A stretch of DNA of 64,000 nt from Methanobacteriota archaeon (GCA_043799545.1 JAZDNO010000005.1:88313-152312), one strand, 5' to 3'; numbered from the stretch's first letter, positions 27,715 through 37,178 are shown. The notes: generated from the letters alone by a model not told the origin. Program-made: numbers and translations.

Positions 27715-28671
27715 ATGTCCGGCGAGGCGCTCAAGAGCCTCGGGGACGAGCTGCAGATATTGGCGGGCGAAACGTCCGCAAGGGAGACTATCGAACGGTA
27801 CGGATTCAGGTGCGGGGAGGGCCTGGCGCAGAAGCTCGGCCTTGGCATAGTGAACTCGGTCGAACTCCGAGACCTCATTCCTGACCTGCTGATCGAGACT
27901 GGCCTGGGTCGGTCGCGCGCCGTGGACGTTTCAGAAGACAGGGTCGTCATAGATTTCGAGGACTCGGTCGAGGCCGGGGCGGTGGGAAAAGTAGCGGTGC
28001 CCTCATGCAGGTTCACCAGCGGATACCTTTCAGGGCTGCTGTCCTCGTTGTTAGACAGGCGCTTCGAAGGCACGGAGGAGACTTGTATAGCTGCCGGAGA
28101 GTCTTCATGCAGGCACGTTTTCACGCCTTCGAAGGCGGTTTTCAAACCCGCCAACGAGGCCCCCGTAGCGAGCGAATGCAAGTATTGTTTGAACGAGGCC
28201 ACCGGGTACCTCGTCAAGGAGGAGACGGGGGAGAAGAGCTACGATGTGTTCACGGAGAATGTCACCCACGGCCACCAGGGGCTCTGCATCACGAGGGATT
28301 TTCCGACGAAGATAAGGAAGAGGTACGGGCTGGAGAGGACCCCGATAATATGGCTGTCGACGGCCGAGACGACGGAGGCGACGGTCGCCCCGCAGAACCT
28401 TTCCGCGCTCTACTACCAGATAGAGAGTTTCCTGAAGAAGAGCGAAAAAGGAATAGTTCTATTGTCGGGCATGGAATACATGATTTCGCAGAACTCCTAT
28501 CAGAGCGTCCTTAAGTTCATACAGCTCCTAAACGAGCTCATAGCGGTGAGGGGCGCAATCCTGCTCGTGTCCCTGAGCCCCCTGACTCTCGACGAGAAGG
28601 ACCTCAAGACCCTGGAGAGGGAGCTGGAGGCTTTCGTCCCCAACCAAAAGGTAGTCAACATGATGGAGTGA
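27715..28671 (+). CDS. V4R-domain + DUF835 protein
   Basis: V4R: C.FTSGYLSG...ETCIAAGESSCRH. DUF835: GLCITRDFP, IIWLS, LLSGMEYMISQN, LDEKDLKTLERE. Confidence 0.82.
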   Translation: MSGEALKSLGDELQILAGETSARETIERYGFRCGEGLAQKLGLGIVNSVELRDLIPDLLIETGLGRSRAVDVSEDRVVIDFEDSVEAGAVGKVAVPSCRFTSGYLSGLLSSLLDRRFEGTEETCIAAGESSCRHVFTPSKAVFKPANEAPVASECKYCLNEATGYLVKEETGEKSYDVFTENVTHGHQGLCITRDFPTKIRKRYGLERTPIIWLSTAETTEATVAPQNLSALYYQIESFLKKSEKGIVLLSGMEYMISQNSYQSVLKFIQLLNELIAVRGAILLVSLSPLTLDEKDLKTLERELEAFVPNQKVVNMME

Positions 28672-28736
28672 GGCGGCTCACAAAGAGTTTCGGAAGGAAT
28701 GAAGGCTCGCTGGGTTGGCAATGCGAGTGCGCGCAA

Positions 28737-29003
28737 TCAAACCGCTATCGTGTCGTAAATGTCCTTTGCGGCCTTCTCAGCTATCGCAGATTCCACAGTT
28801 TTAACAAGAATCCTGCCGCTCGAATAAAGCGTGGCCTCGACGCCCTCCTTCTCGACGACGCACATGATTCCGGCGTCGGCGACCTCCCGCCAGGATTTGG
28901 CCTTGAGGGATGACAGCGCCTTTCCGATGTCGACCTTCACCAGCGCCTGAGGTATGGCATCGTACGCCTCAGCCGAGCAGCATTTGACGACCGCGAAGTT
29001 CAT
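28737..29003 (-). CDS. Hypothetical protein, possible TBP-like fold
   Basis: KCCSAEAY...EATLYSSGRILVKT; coupled to thiI. Confidence 0.7.
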   Translation of the reverse strand: MNFAVVKCCSAEAYDAIPQALVKVDIGKALSSLKAKSWREVADAGIMCVVEKEGVEATLYSSGRILVKTVESAIAEKAAKDIYDTIAV

Positions 29004-29632
29004 CAGGCCAGCCTCCTCATGCCGGCCATCTCGGCCTCCACTATCGCGGCGACGTCGAGCTTCCTCTCCTCTGCAAGTATTCTGGTCAACGACGCCGCCG
29101 TCGCTGGCTTTTCCGGAACGATTGTGCAGCAGAGCCCGGGCGCGGTCGACACCTCGAACGTGCCGAGCTTGCGGGCGCGTTCCACGACTTCCGACTTGTC
29201 CAGCCCTATGAGCGGCCTCAACACCGGCAAGGCCGTCGCCCCGTCCTCCGCCATTATGTTCTTGAGCGTCTGGGAAGCGACCTGTCCGAGAGATTCGCCG
29301 GTCACGACGAAGTCAGCCCCGACCTTGCGGGCCAGGGCATCGGCGGTGCGGAGCATGAACCTCCTGCAGAGGACGCAGTGAAAATGCCGGTCGCAATTCT
29401 TTGCCACCATGGCCTGAGCCGCCAGGCCGTGCGGCGCCGCGTAGGCTTCCAGCTCGCGCCCGGCCAAGTCCCTGAGCATCTTCACGAGGCCGAGGAGCTT
29501 CCCGTATTCCCTGTCATCCGTGAACGGCCTGTTGTCCATGTGCAGGAGTGCCAGGTCGAGCCCGCGCTCCAGCATCATGGCTCCTGCGATTGGCGAGTCG
29601 ATGCCACCCGACAGCAGCAGGATGCCTTTCAC
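29003..29632 (-). CDS. thiI: ThiI-like sulfurtransferase, PP-loop catalytic domain only
   Basis: LLSGGIDSP, VTGESLGQVASQT, VLRPLIGLDK, CC; no THUMP or rhodanese domain. Confidence 0.85.
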   Translation of the reverse strand: MKGILLLSGGIDSPIAGAMMLERGLDLALLHMDNRPFTDDREYGKLLGLVKMLRDLAGRELEAYAAPHGLAAQAMVAKNCDRHFHCVLCRRFMLRTADALARKVGADFVVTGESLGQVASQTLKNIMAEDGATALPVLRPLIGLDKSEVVERARKLGTFEVSTAPGLCCTIVPEKPATAASLTRILAEERKLDVAAIVEAEMAGMRRLA

Positions 29633-29840
29633 GCTACCCTCCCGAAAAAACTTCGACGACCTCGATTACATCGTCGTGCGAAAGCTTCTCGTCCGACGGT
29701 ATCGGCCTGCCCTCGCGCAGCACGAGATGGTGGGTCAGGGCCAGCTCCAGCGACTTGAGAGCGTCCGACGCGCATGAACCCTTGGGCAACCGCACGCGGC
29801 GCTCTATCATGGACGTTTTGACAGTTATCTGCATCGCCAT
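29629..29840 (-). CDS. MoaD/ThiS/SAMP-like ubiquitin-like sulfur carrier
   Basis: About 68 aa ending VFSGG (di-glycine). Confidence 0.88.
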
Positions 29841-30021
29841 CCAATCCGCGCCCGGATATTTAATCTTTCCAGCGGATTGTCCGATATTGGCATCGATTTT
29901 AGAGTCTTTTCATCGGCTCACCATGGGGGCTCCTTGGCGGATTGCTTGTGCCGTCGACGAATCGTCTCGTGCGCGGGCCTCCCCGCAAAGTTGATGCACC
30001 CGTTGGAGATGGTGGGGTCCG

Positions 30022-30498
30022 ATGAAATACGTCCTGGATTCGTCCGCGCTGCTCTCGGGTAAGCCCACGCCTCCAATCTGCGACTGTATTGTCTCTCCAT
30101 CTGTCGTGGCAGAGGTGCGCAAAGGGCGGGCCGGACGAAACCTGGATTTTCTCCTGGAAGCCGGGCTGGAGGTCAGGGAGCCAAGCGCCGAGCGTGTTAG
30201 CGCGGTGCATGCGGCGGCGATAAAAACCGGGGACTCGCTGCGAGTCTCGCCGGCGGACGTTGAAGCGCTGGCGCTGGCGTTCGAAACCGGCTGGACTCTG
30301 CTCACGGACGATTACTCGATGCAGAACCTGGCGACGGTCATGAACGTTCAATTCCAGGCAGTCTCGCAGCGGGGAATCTCGCAGGTGTGGGGATGGGTGC
30401 GCAGGTGCAGGGGCTGCAGGAAGGAGTGGCCCGAGGGAGTGGCGGAATGCCCGGACTGCGGGTCTGAAATCATCACCAAACGGAAGAAAAGTTCCTAG
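30022..30498 (+). CDS. nob1: NOB1-family PIN endonuclease
   Basis: VLDSSALL, TGD...S.AD..LALA, TDDYSMQN, zinc ribbon CRGC...CPDCG. Confidence 0.92.
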   Translation: MKYVLDSSALLSGKPTPPICDCIVSPSVVAEVRKGRAGRNLDFLLEAGLEVREPSAERVSAVHAAAIKTGDSLRVSPADVEALALAFETGWTLLTDDYSMQNLATVMNVQFQAVSQRGISQVWGWVRRCRGCRKEWPEGVAECPDCGSEIITKRKKSS

Positions 30499-31274
30499 GC
30501 GCCCTTCCTTCTCTTCCTCTGCTGGTACGAGCGTATCGCCCTTAAAAAATCGATTTTACGCAAGCCCGGCCAATAAACGTCAGTGAAGTACAGCTCCGAG
30601 TACGCCAGCTGCCAAAGCAGGAAGTTCGATATGCGCTCCTCGCCGGATGTGCGCAGAATGAGGTCGGGGTCCGGCAGGTCTGCGGTGTAAAGGTGCTGGG
30701 TGAAGAGCTTCTCGTCTATGTCCTCGGGGCTCAGCTCGCCGCTCTTGACCTTCGCCGCCACGGCCCGAAGGGCATTCAATATCTCCTCGCGCCCGCCGTA
30801 TGCGACGCAAACGTTGAAGCTGTAGTTGGAATGCTCCTTGGTCTTATCCTCGGCGTAGGCGATTGCATTCTGGACCTCTTGAGGCAGCAGGTCGCGCTGG
30901 CCCAGGACGCGTATGCGAATTTTATGCTTGTGGACGCGCTCGTCGTCTCCTACCTCGCGGAAGCTCTTCTCGAAGAGGGCCATGAGCCCCTTCACCTCGC
31001 CGTCGGTCCTGGCGAAGTTCTCGGTGGAAAAAGCGTACACAGTCAGGTTCTTTATCCCGAGCTCAAGGCACCATTCCAGGAGTTCCTCCAGCTTGTTGCG
31101 CCCTTCCCTGTGCCCATCTCCATGGTCCATACCCAGCTCTTCGGCGAACCTGCGGTTTCCGTCCATTATGACCGCGACGTGGGCGGGGACATCGTCGGCC
31201 TTCACCGCCTTCGCCAGCCGCCTCCCGTATACTCTGTAGACCCTCCATAGAATGGGGCTCTTTATGCCTGCCAC
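30495..31274 (-). CDS. uppS: Polyprenyl (undecaprenyl) diphosphate synthase
   Basis: HVAVIMDGNRR, YAFSTENF, YGGREEI, RTSGEERISNFLLWQ. Confidence 0.96.
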   Translation of the reverse strand: MAGIKSPILWRVYRVYGRRLAKAVKADDVPAHVAVIMDGNRRFAEELGMDHGDGHREGRNKLEELLEWCLELGIKNLTVYAFSTENFARTDGEVKGLMALFEKSFREVGDDERVHKHKIRIRVLGQRDLLPQEVQNAIAYAEDKTKEHSNYSFNVCVAYGGREEILNALRAVAAKVKSGELSPEDIDEKLFTQHLYTADLPDPDLILRTSGEERISNFLLWQLAYSELYFTDVYWPGLRKIDFLRAIRSYQQRKRRKGA

Positions 31275-31321
31275 GTTTCACCCAAGGGAAGGGGGATATA
31301 AAGATTATTCGCCATGGCGTC

Positions 31322-31774
31322 TCACATCAGCTCGTCCAGAGGTACCCTTTCCCTGGAGAACTTGGTCTTGAACCTGTGCCTGGTAGTCTTAGCCGGGAAA
31401 ACCCCCCTACCAAGGCCCATCTTGATTACATCCCTTTTGCTAAGCTTGCAGACGGACGATGCAGGCCAAAGGTCGAGGGTGACGCTGGTTGAGAAGTAGT
31501 CTACGAGATAGACTGGCACGCGCTTGCATCCCAGCTTCTTCAGCGCGTTGAATCTGTGGTGCCCGTTCAATATGACGAGATATTCTCTATCGGCAACGAT
31601 GGGAACTACGCTGCCGTATTCCGCGATGTCCCTCTCGCGCAGCAACAAGTTGTCTGGATTGATGGCCTCATGCTCGTGAAGGCTTTCGACGGATACGAGC
31701 ACGTACTCCTTGGGATATGGGGCCGCAATCCCGGGTTTGTTCGCTTTTATACAGTCATTCTCGTGAGCGCCCAT
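31322..31774 (-). CDS. ParB/Srx-fold protein, SerK/SbnI-like
   Basis: LHEHE...PIVAD...ILNGHHRFNALKKLG...FPAKTTRH. Confidence 0.75.
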   Translation of the reverse strand: MGAHENDCIKANKPGIAAPYPKEYVLVSVESLHEHEAINPDNLLLRERDIAEYGSVVPIVADREYLVILNGHHRFNALKKLGCKRVPVYLVDYFSTSVTLDLWPASSVCKLSKRDVIKMGLGRGVFPAKTTRHRFKTKFSRERVPLDELM

Positions 31775-31776
31775 GG

Positions 31777-33051
31777 TCACAGCGTCTCGCCCGGCTGGAT
31801 GTCCATCATCGTGACGCCTGAGACCATCTTCGGATAGAAGTCGGTGCTCTTCTCGGGCATGCGCTCCCCGTTCTTCGCGCACTTTAGGACCTGCTCTGGC
31901 CTGGTGGCGTTGAGCAGGAACGCGACCTTTGCCTGGCCATCGTCCACAGCCTTTATGGCGTCGTCCGCCCAGCGGAAGTAATCGATCGTTTCATGAATTT
32001 TCAGGTCCTTGAGCCCCAACAGGGCCTCGAAGACGGCGTCCCTCAGGACGACGACGTCCAGCCCCTTGTAGTCCGGGCTGTATTCTGGCTTGAGGAACTT
32101 GTCGACCGCGCCCTTCCTCTTCATGGTCATCCCTGTGAATAGCTTGCCGTCGTAGGCGACGAAGCAGATGGCGTCCCGGTTCTTTTTCAAGTAAGCATCG
32201 ACCTCGGCCCTCTTCAACTCCTTCAGGTCGAAGTACTCGGCGGCCTTCTTCAAGTGCGCCCCCGTGAGGCCGTCCTTTAGCAGCGCGCGGTGCCCTGGCA
32301 GGACGACGAGCCCCTTGTCGTCCACGGCAACCATCAGGGTCATGGAAAAGTTGAAGGCAGAATCGGCTGGAGCTCCTGGATTGGCAGCGCGCATCTCGTC
32401 CCTGAAGCTCACCCCGGTCTCGTACCTGTGGTGCCCGTCAGCGATGACGACCTGCTCTCCCTTTAGCGCGTCGCCAAGCATCCTCGTCTTCGCGGGGTTG
32501 TCCATCCTCCAGAGCCTGTTTCTCACATTGTACTCGTCGACTACGTCGATTATCGGGACGCCCTTGGACGCGTCGTCGAGGAGCGCCAGTATCTCCTTCT
32601 TCGGGTCGGGGTAGAGCATGAAGCCCATCTCCAGGTTCTTCTGAGTTGCCTGGTACATCTTGAGCCTGTCCACCTTTGGCCCGGCGTGCGTCTTCTCGTG
32701 CGGGAGGACGACCTTCTCGACGAAGGGAGTCAGTTTCACGGCGCCGACGAACCCTTTGCGGGTGTGCTTGGCACCCAGTACCTCGAAGTCTTGGAAATAG
32801 ACGTATATCGCCGGGGTGGAATCCTGCGCGAGGGCCGCGTCATTCAGCCAATTGCCCGTGCGCTCCTTTGCGATGTCGTATCTGTTCTCCTCTATAGGGA
32901 GGATGAGCCTGCAGTAGTTATGCTCGCTCTGGGCATAGTACTTTTTCTGCATCTCGGGCGTTATCTTGTCGTACGGTTGCGTTATGAGTTTGGCGATGTC
33001 CCCCGGCTTCTGGGTGTAGCGGATTGCCTTGAAAGGCCTGACTTCGACCAT
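31777..33051 (-). CDS. DUF1015-family protein
   Basis: VRPFKAIRY, PYDKI, VLPHEKT, IADGHHRYET, MPEKSTDFYPK.SG. Confidence 0.92.
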   Translation of the reverse strand: MVEVRPFKAIRYTQKPGDIAKLITQPYDKITPEMQKKYYAQSEHNYCRLILPIEENRYDIAKERTGNWLNDAALAQDSTPAIYVYFQDFEVLGAKHTRKGFVGAVKLTPFVEKVVLPHEKTHAGPKVDRLKMYQATQKNLEMGFMLYPDPKKEILALLDDASKGVPIIDVVDEYNVRNRLWRMDNPAKTRMLGDALKGEQVVIADGHHRYETGVSFRDEMRAANPGAPADSAFNFSMTLMVAVDDKGLVVLPGHRALLKDGLTGAHLKKAAEYFDLKELKRAEVDAYLKKNRDAICFVAYDGKLFTGMTMKRKGAVDKFLKPEYSPDYKGLDVVVLRDAVFEALLGLKDLKIHETIDYFRWADDAIKAVDDGQAKVAFLLNATRPEQVLKCAKNGERMPEKSTDFYPKMVSGVTMMDIQPGETL

Positions 33052-33073
33052 TTGTTTTCCCCCTTTCAGCAGC

Positions 33074-34150
33074 CTATTCTTTCCAGATCTCGTCGATATG
33101 CCAGAGGAGGGATTTAATCTCGTCCAGGTTCCACTCGCCCATGTGCCCTATCCTGAAGGTCTTGTCCTTGAGGTCGCCGTAGCCGTTCGCAATCTGGTAT
33201 CCCTTCTTTCCGAGCGCCTTGTTGAGGTCGCCGATGTTCCTGCCTTTCGTGTTTTTTATAGTCGATACGGTGATTGATTCGTAACCCGGCTCCGGGAACA
33301 TCTCAAAGCCCGCTTCGACGGCCCACTTGCGGGTGTATTCGGCCATCGCCAGGTGGCGCTCGTACCTCTTATGGGCGGTCTCAAGGAGCATCCTGTCGAG
33401 CTGGTAGTCGAGAGCATACAGAAGCGAGATGTTCGGCGTCGTCGGGTTCTGCTGCTTCTTTACGAAATAGTCGTGGATGGCTATCAGGTCCGTGTAGTGC
33501 CCCCTCGATTTCACGGTGCGCGCCCGCGCGACGGCGGCTTCGGAATAGATGCCGATCGAGAGCCCGGGCGGGAGGGCGAAGCACTTCTGTGTCGAAGTGA
33601 ACAAGACGTCGGTGTTGAGCTTCTCCGGCACGAGCAAATCCCCTCCGGCGGACGAGACGGAGTCGACGACGAAGATGATGTCCGGGTACTCTTTCTTGAC
33701 AGCCTTGCCGATATCCTCAATGGGGTTGCGCACACCCGTCGCCGTCTCGTTGTGGACGATGATGAGCGTGTCGTAGTCGTCTTTCTTGAGCGCGTCCATG
33801 ACCATCTCCGGTTTTATGGCCTTGCCTAGTTCGACCGAGAGTGGCGTCGCCTCCTTGCCCGAGTCCAATACGGTCTTATACATCCTCTCGGAGAACGCGC
33901 CGCAGACGCCTGCCAGCGCCTTCTTCTTGACTATGCTCCGCCCCGTGATGTCCATCCACAACGTTCCGGACGCGGTCGTGACCGTGGCGTGCTGCTTCGT
34001 GTCGAAGTATTTTTTAATCTTGTCTAAAATGCCCGTGTAGAGGGCCGTGTAATCTGAGCCTCTGTGCCCTATCATCCATCTCGTCTGCTGCTGGAGAACC
34101 TCCGCCGAGACCTCCGTGGGGCCCGGTATGAGCAATCTCTTGTGGGTCAT
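33074..34150 (-). CDS. Class V aminotransferase (serine-pyruvate / phosphoserine aminotransferase-like)
   Basis: LLIPGPTEV, IGHRG, HNETATG, VDSVSS, STQKCFALPPG, FRIGHMG. Confidence 0.92.
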   Translation of the reverse strand: MTHKRLLIPGPTEVSAEVLQQQTRWMIGHRGSDYTALYTGILDKIKKYFDTKQHATVTTASGTLWMDITGRSIVKKKALAGVCGAFSERMYKTVLDSGKEATPLSVELGKAIKPEMVMDALKKDDYDTLIIVHNETATGVRNPIEDIGKAVKKEYPDIIFVVDSVSSAGGDLLVPEKLNTDVLFTSTQKCFALPPGLSIGIYSEAAVARARTVKSRGHYTDLIAIHDYFVKKQQNPTTPNISLLYALDYQLDRMLLETAHKRYERHLAMAEYTRKWAVEAGFEMFPEPGYESITVSTIKNTKGRNIGDLNKALGKKGYQIANGYGDLKDKTFRIGHMGEWNLDEIKSLLWHIDEIWKE

Positions 34151-34227
34151 GGTAACACCGGAGGTCAATCAAGAAAGGGGGCTATAAACCTATTTGACGG
34201 CGTGACCCATACGTCGACGCAATCGTT

Positions 34228-34740
34228 TCAAGGAGGATTGGAATATTGCCTATAAACGCCTTCTTTGTGCCTCTTCGCCAGCTCCCTGTACGTTGCAGCG
34301 TTCTCGGCAGCGTGTCCCCGCAGCGAGGCATCCCCCTCCCGGATGGCCTTTCCAGGCACCCCGACCACGAGGCTTCCGGGCGCGATTTTCATGCCTTCCT
34401 TCACCAGGGCGTTGGCGCCGATGATTGAACCAGCCCCGACGACGCTTCCGTTCAGGACGGTGGCGTTCATGCCGATTATCACGTCGTCTTCGATGGTGGC
34501 TCCGTGGACTATCGCGCCGTGGCCGAGCGACACGCTCCTCCCGATTGCAACTGGAAAACCGTGTGAGCAGTGGACCACGCAGCAATCCTGTACGTTCGAC
34601 CCGTCGCCAATCCTTACGGTATTCTCATCGCCCCGGACAACCGCGTGGGGCCATATGCCGCAATTCTGGCCTATTTCGACGTCGCCGATGATGATGGCAG
34701 TTCCGTGAACGTAGCTGCTGGCGTGGACCTTGGGCATCAT
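34228..34740 (-). CDS. Gamma carbonic anhydrase-family hexapeptide-repeat protein
   Basis: AVVRGD, SNVQD..VVH, SLGHGAIVHG; ATG at 34740 overlaps the nfnB stop. Confidence 0.9.
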   Translation of the reverse strand: MMPKVHASSYVHGTAIIIGDVEIGQNCGIWPHAVVRGDENTVRIGDGSNVQDCCVVHCSHGFPVAIGRSVSLGHGAIVHGATIEDDVIIGMNATVLNGSVVGAGSIIGANALVKEGMKIAPGSLVVGVPGKAIREGDASLRGHAAENAATYRELAKRHKEGVYRQYSNPP

Positions 34741-36191
34741 TTCGACCACTTCTTCGCGAGGTCTTCGTCTATGGCCTTCGCCGCCAGCCGTCCCGCGCCC
34801 ATTGCCAGTATGACCGTCGCCGCCCCGGTGACTATGTCCCCGCCTGCGTACACGTACGGGATGCTGGTCCTGCCGAACTCGTCCGCCTCGATGTATCCCC
34901 ATTTGTTCAGCTTGAGGTTTGGGATGGTTGCCGTGAGCAGGGGGTTGGCGTTGGTGCCTATTGCTATGATGACCGTGTCGACGGCCAGCTCGAATTCCGA
35001 ACCTGGCGTGGGCACTGGCTTGCGCCTGCCATCCGGCCCCGGCTCCCCTAGGTGCATCTTGATGCACTTCATGGCGCGGACCTTGCCCTTGTCGTCGCCT
35101 AGAATCTCCACGGGGTTGTTGAGGAGCAAGAACTGGACCCCCTCCTCCTCGGCGTGGTGAATCTCCTCCGCCCTCGCGGGCATCTCCTCCCGCGAGCGGC
35201 GGTAGACGAGGTAGGCGTTCTCAGCGCCAAGCCTCAGGGCAGTCCTGACGCTGTCCATGGCCACGTTCCCTCCGCCCACGACCGCCACGTTCTTGCCTTT
35301 AATGATGGGGGTGTCGTATTTGGGGAACAAGTAGGCCTTCATCAGGTTCGAGCGCGTGAGATACTCGTTCGCGCTGTAGACGCCGTTGAGGTTCTCGCCA
35401 GGAATGTTCATGAAGCTGGGCAGGCCCGCGCCAATCCCTATGAAGACGGCGTCGAACCCCATGTTGCCCATGAGATCGTCGATTGTGAACGTCCTGCCTA
35501 TCACCGTGTTCATGTGCATCTCGACCCCCATCTTCTTCATGGCGTCGATTTCGTACTGGACTATCGCTTTCGGAAGCCTGAACTCGGGGATTCCGTATAT
35601 CAGCACGCCGCCGGGCTTGTGCAATGCCTCGAAGATGTGCACCTCGTGGCCGGACCTGGCGCAATCGGCTGCGACCGCGAGCCCCGCAGGGCCCGAGCCT
35701 ATTATTGCCACGCGCTTTCCCGTCGGGGGGGCGCACTCCATGCAGCATTTCTCGACTGCCGAGCGCTCAAGGTCAGCGACGAACCTTTCCAACCTGCCGA
35801 TGCCGACCGCCTCCCCGCTCGTTTTGCAGTGGGTGCAAGGCCCCTCGCACTGGACCTCCTGGGGGCATACGCGACCCGTTATCGCGGGCAAAGCGTCGTC
35901 CTCCTTGATTACGGTGAGCGCCTTCGCGAATTCTCCCCGCGCCACCAGATCTATGAATTCAGGTATCTTCACATGTACTGGGCAGCCCGCGGAGCAAGGG
36001 AACTTCGGGCAAAGGAGGCAGCGCTTCGCCTCGGCGATGGCAGTTTCAGCGGTGAATCCAAGGTTGACCTCATCGAAGTTGCGCGCGCGCGCCTTCGGGT
36101 CCTGTTCAGGCATGCCGTGCCGCTTGAGCTTCGTGCGCTCCTTGAACTCGGCCGGCGGGAGCCTCCTTACGTTCATCTTCCGCTCAGCCAT
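34737..36191 (-). CDS. nfnB: NfnB/SudA: large subunit of electron-bifurcating transhydrogenase (GltD-like)
   Basis: EAKRCLLC...C..GCP, TGRVCPQE.QCEG.C, GSGPAGL, GGGNVAMD, GDIVTGAATVILAMGAG. Confidence 0.9.
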   Translation of the reverse strand: MAERKMNVRRLPPAEFKERTKLKRHGMPEQDPKARARNFDEVNLGFTAETAIAEAKRCLLCPKFPCSAGCPVHVKIPEFIDLVARGEFAKALTVIKEDDALPAITGRVCPQEVQCEGPCTHCKTSGEAVGIGRLERFVADLERSAVEKCCMECAPPTGKRVAIIGSGPAGLAVAADCARSGHEVHIFEALHKPGGVLIYGIPEFRLPKAIVQYEIDAMKKMGVEMHMNTVIGRTFTIDDLMGNMGFDAVFIGIGAGLPSFMNIPGENLNGVYSANEYLTRSNLMKAYLFPKYDTPIIKGKNVAVVGGGNVAMDSVRTALRLGAENAYLVYRRSREEMPARAEEIHHAEEEGVQFLLLNNPVEILGDDKGKVRAMKCIKMHLGEPGPDGRRKPVPTPGSEFELAVDTVIIAIGTNANPLLTATIPNLKLNKWGYIEADEFGRTSIPYVYAGGDIVTGAATVILAMGAGRLAAKAIDEDLAKKWSK

Positions 36192-37105
36192 CAGAGCACC
36201 CCCTTCGCGTACCATTCCATCGCCTGCTTCTCCTGCTCAAGGTAGGTGCGCTGCCTCAGGACCAGCAGGTCCCAGTCGACCTGATGGCCGTCGAACTCCG
36301 GGCCGTCGACGCACCCGAACTTGGTCTTTCCGCCGATGCTCACGCGGCAAACGCCGCACATCCCCGTGGCATCGACCATTATCGGGTTGAGGCTCACGAC
36401 GGTCTTGACGCCGAACGGCTGCGTCGTCTTGGCGCAGAACTTCATCATGATGCCAGGGCCTATGGAATAAACGCATTTCACCGCACCTTTCTCCCGTTCG
36501 AGAATCTCTTTAAGGGGTTCCGTGACCAGGCCCTTCCGACCGAACGTGCCGTCGTCGGTCGTGATGACATGCTCCCTGCTGACGGAAGCGAGTTTGTCCT
36601 GCCAAAAGAGCAGGTCTTTCGTGCGCGCGCCTTGTATGGAAATGACCTTCACCCCCCTCTCGCGGAAAGCCTTCGCGATGGGGTATATCGGGGCGGTCCC
36701 GACGCCTCCCGCGACCATCACGACCGTTCCGTGGTCCTCGATTTCCGATGGGTGGCCCAGCGGCCCCGTGACTGCGAACAGGTTTTGCCCGACACACATC
36801 TTCGAGAGCTTCGCGGTCGAAGCCCCGACGACCATGAAAATCAATGTCAGGGTGCCTTTTCCGCAGTCCCAGTCCGCGAGCGTCAGGGGTATCCGCTCCC
36901 CTATTTCGTCCGGAATCACGACGACGAACTGGCCCGCCTTGGCCTTCGTTGCGATGTTCGGGGCTGACACGACCATTTCGAATATACCCTTGACAAGCTC
37001 GCGCTTCTCCAAAATCGTCGGTACGAGCTCTTTTCCAAGTTCGTCCGCTTGAGACAGGCTCCTGCAGGACTGTCCTCCCCCGCCGCTGTGATGTTCTCCA
37101 GTCAT
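36191..37105 (-). CDS. nfnA: NfnA/SudB: small subunit (PyrK-like, FAD/2Fe-2S)
   Basis: AGQFV...GERIPLT, GPLG, AGGVGTAP, MVDATGMCGVCRV...CVDGPEFDG. Confidence 0.92.
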   Translation of the reverse strand: MTGEHHSGGGGQSCRSLSQADELGKELVPTILEKRELVKGIFEMVVSAPNIATKAKAGQFVVVIPDEIGERIPLTLADWDCGKGTLTLIFMVVGASTAKLSKMCVGQNLFAVTGPLGHPSEIEDHGTVVMVAGGVGTAPIYPIAKAFRERGVKVISIQGARTKDLLFWQDKLASVSREHVITTDDGTFGRKGLVTEPLKEILEREKGAVKCVYSIGPGIMMKFCAKTTQPFGVKTVVSLNPIMVDATGMCGVCRVSIGGKTKFGCVDGPEFDGHQVDWDLLVLRQRTYLEQEKQAMEWYAKGVL

Positions 37106-37178
37106 AACGCACCTTCGTGCCAGGCCGGAAAAGGTGACGAATTATTAATAGGATTGGCGTTGCGATTCGTTACAACGG

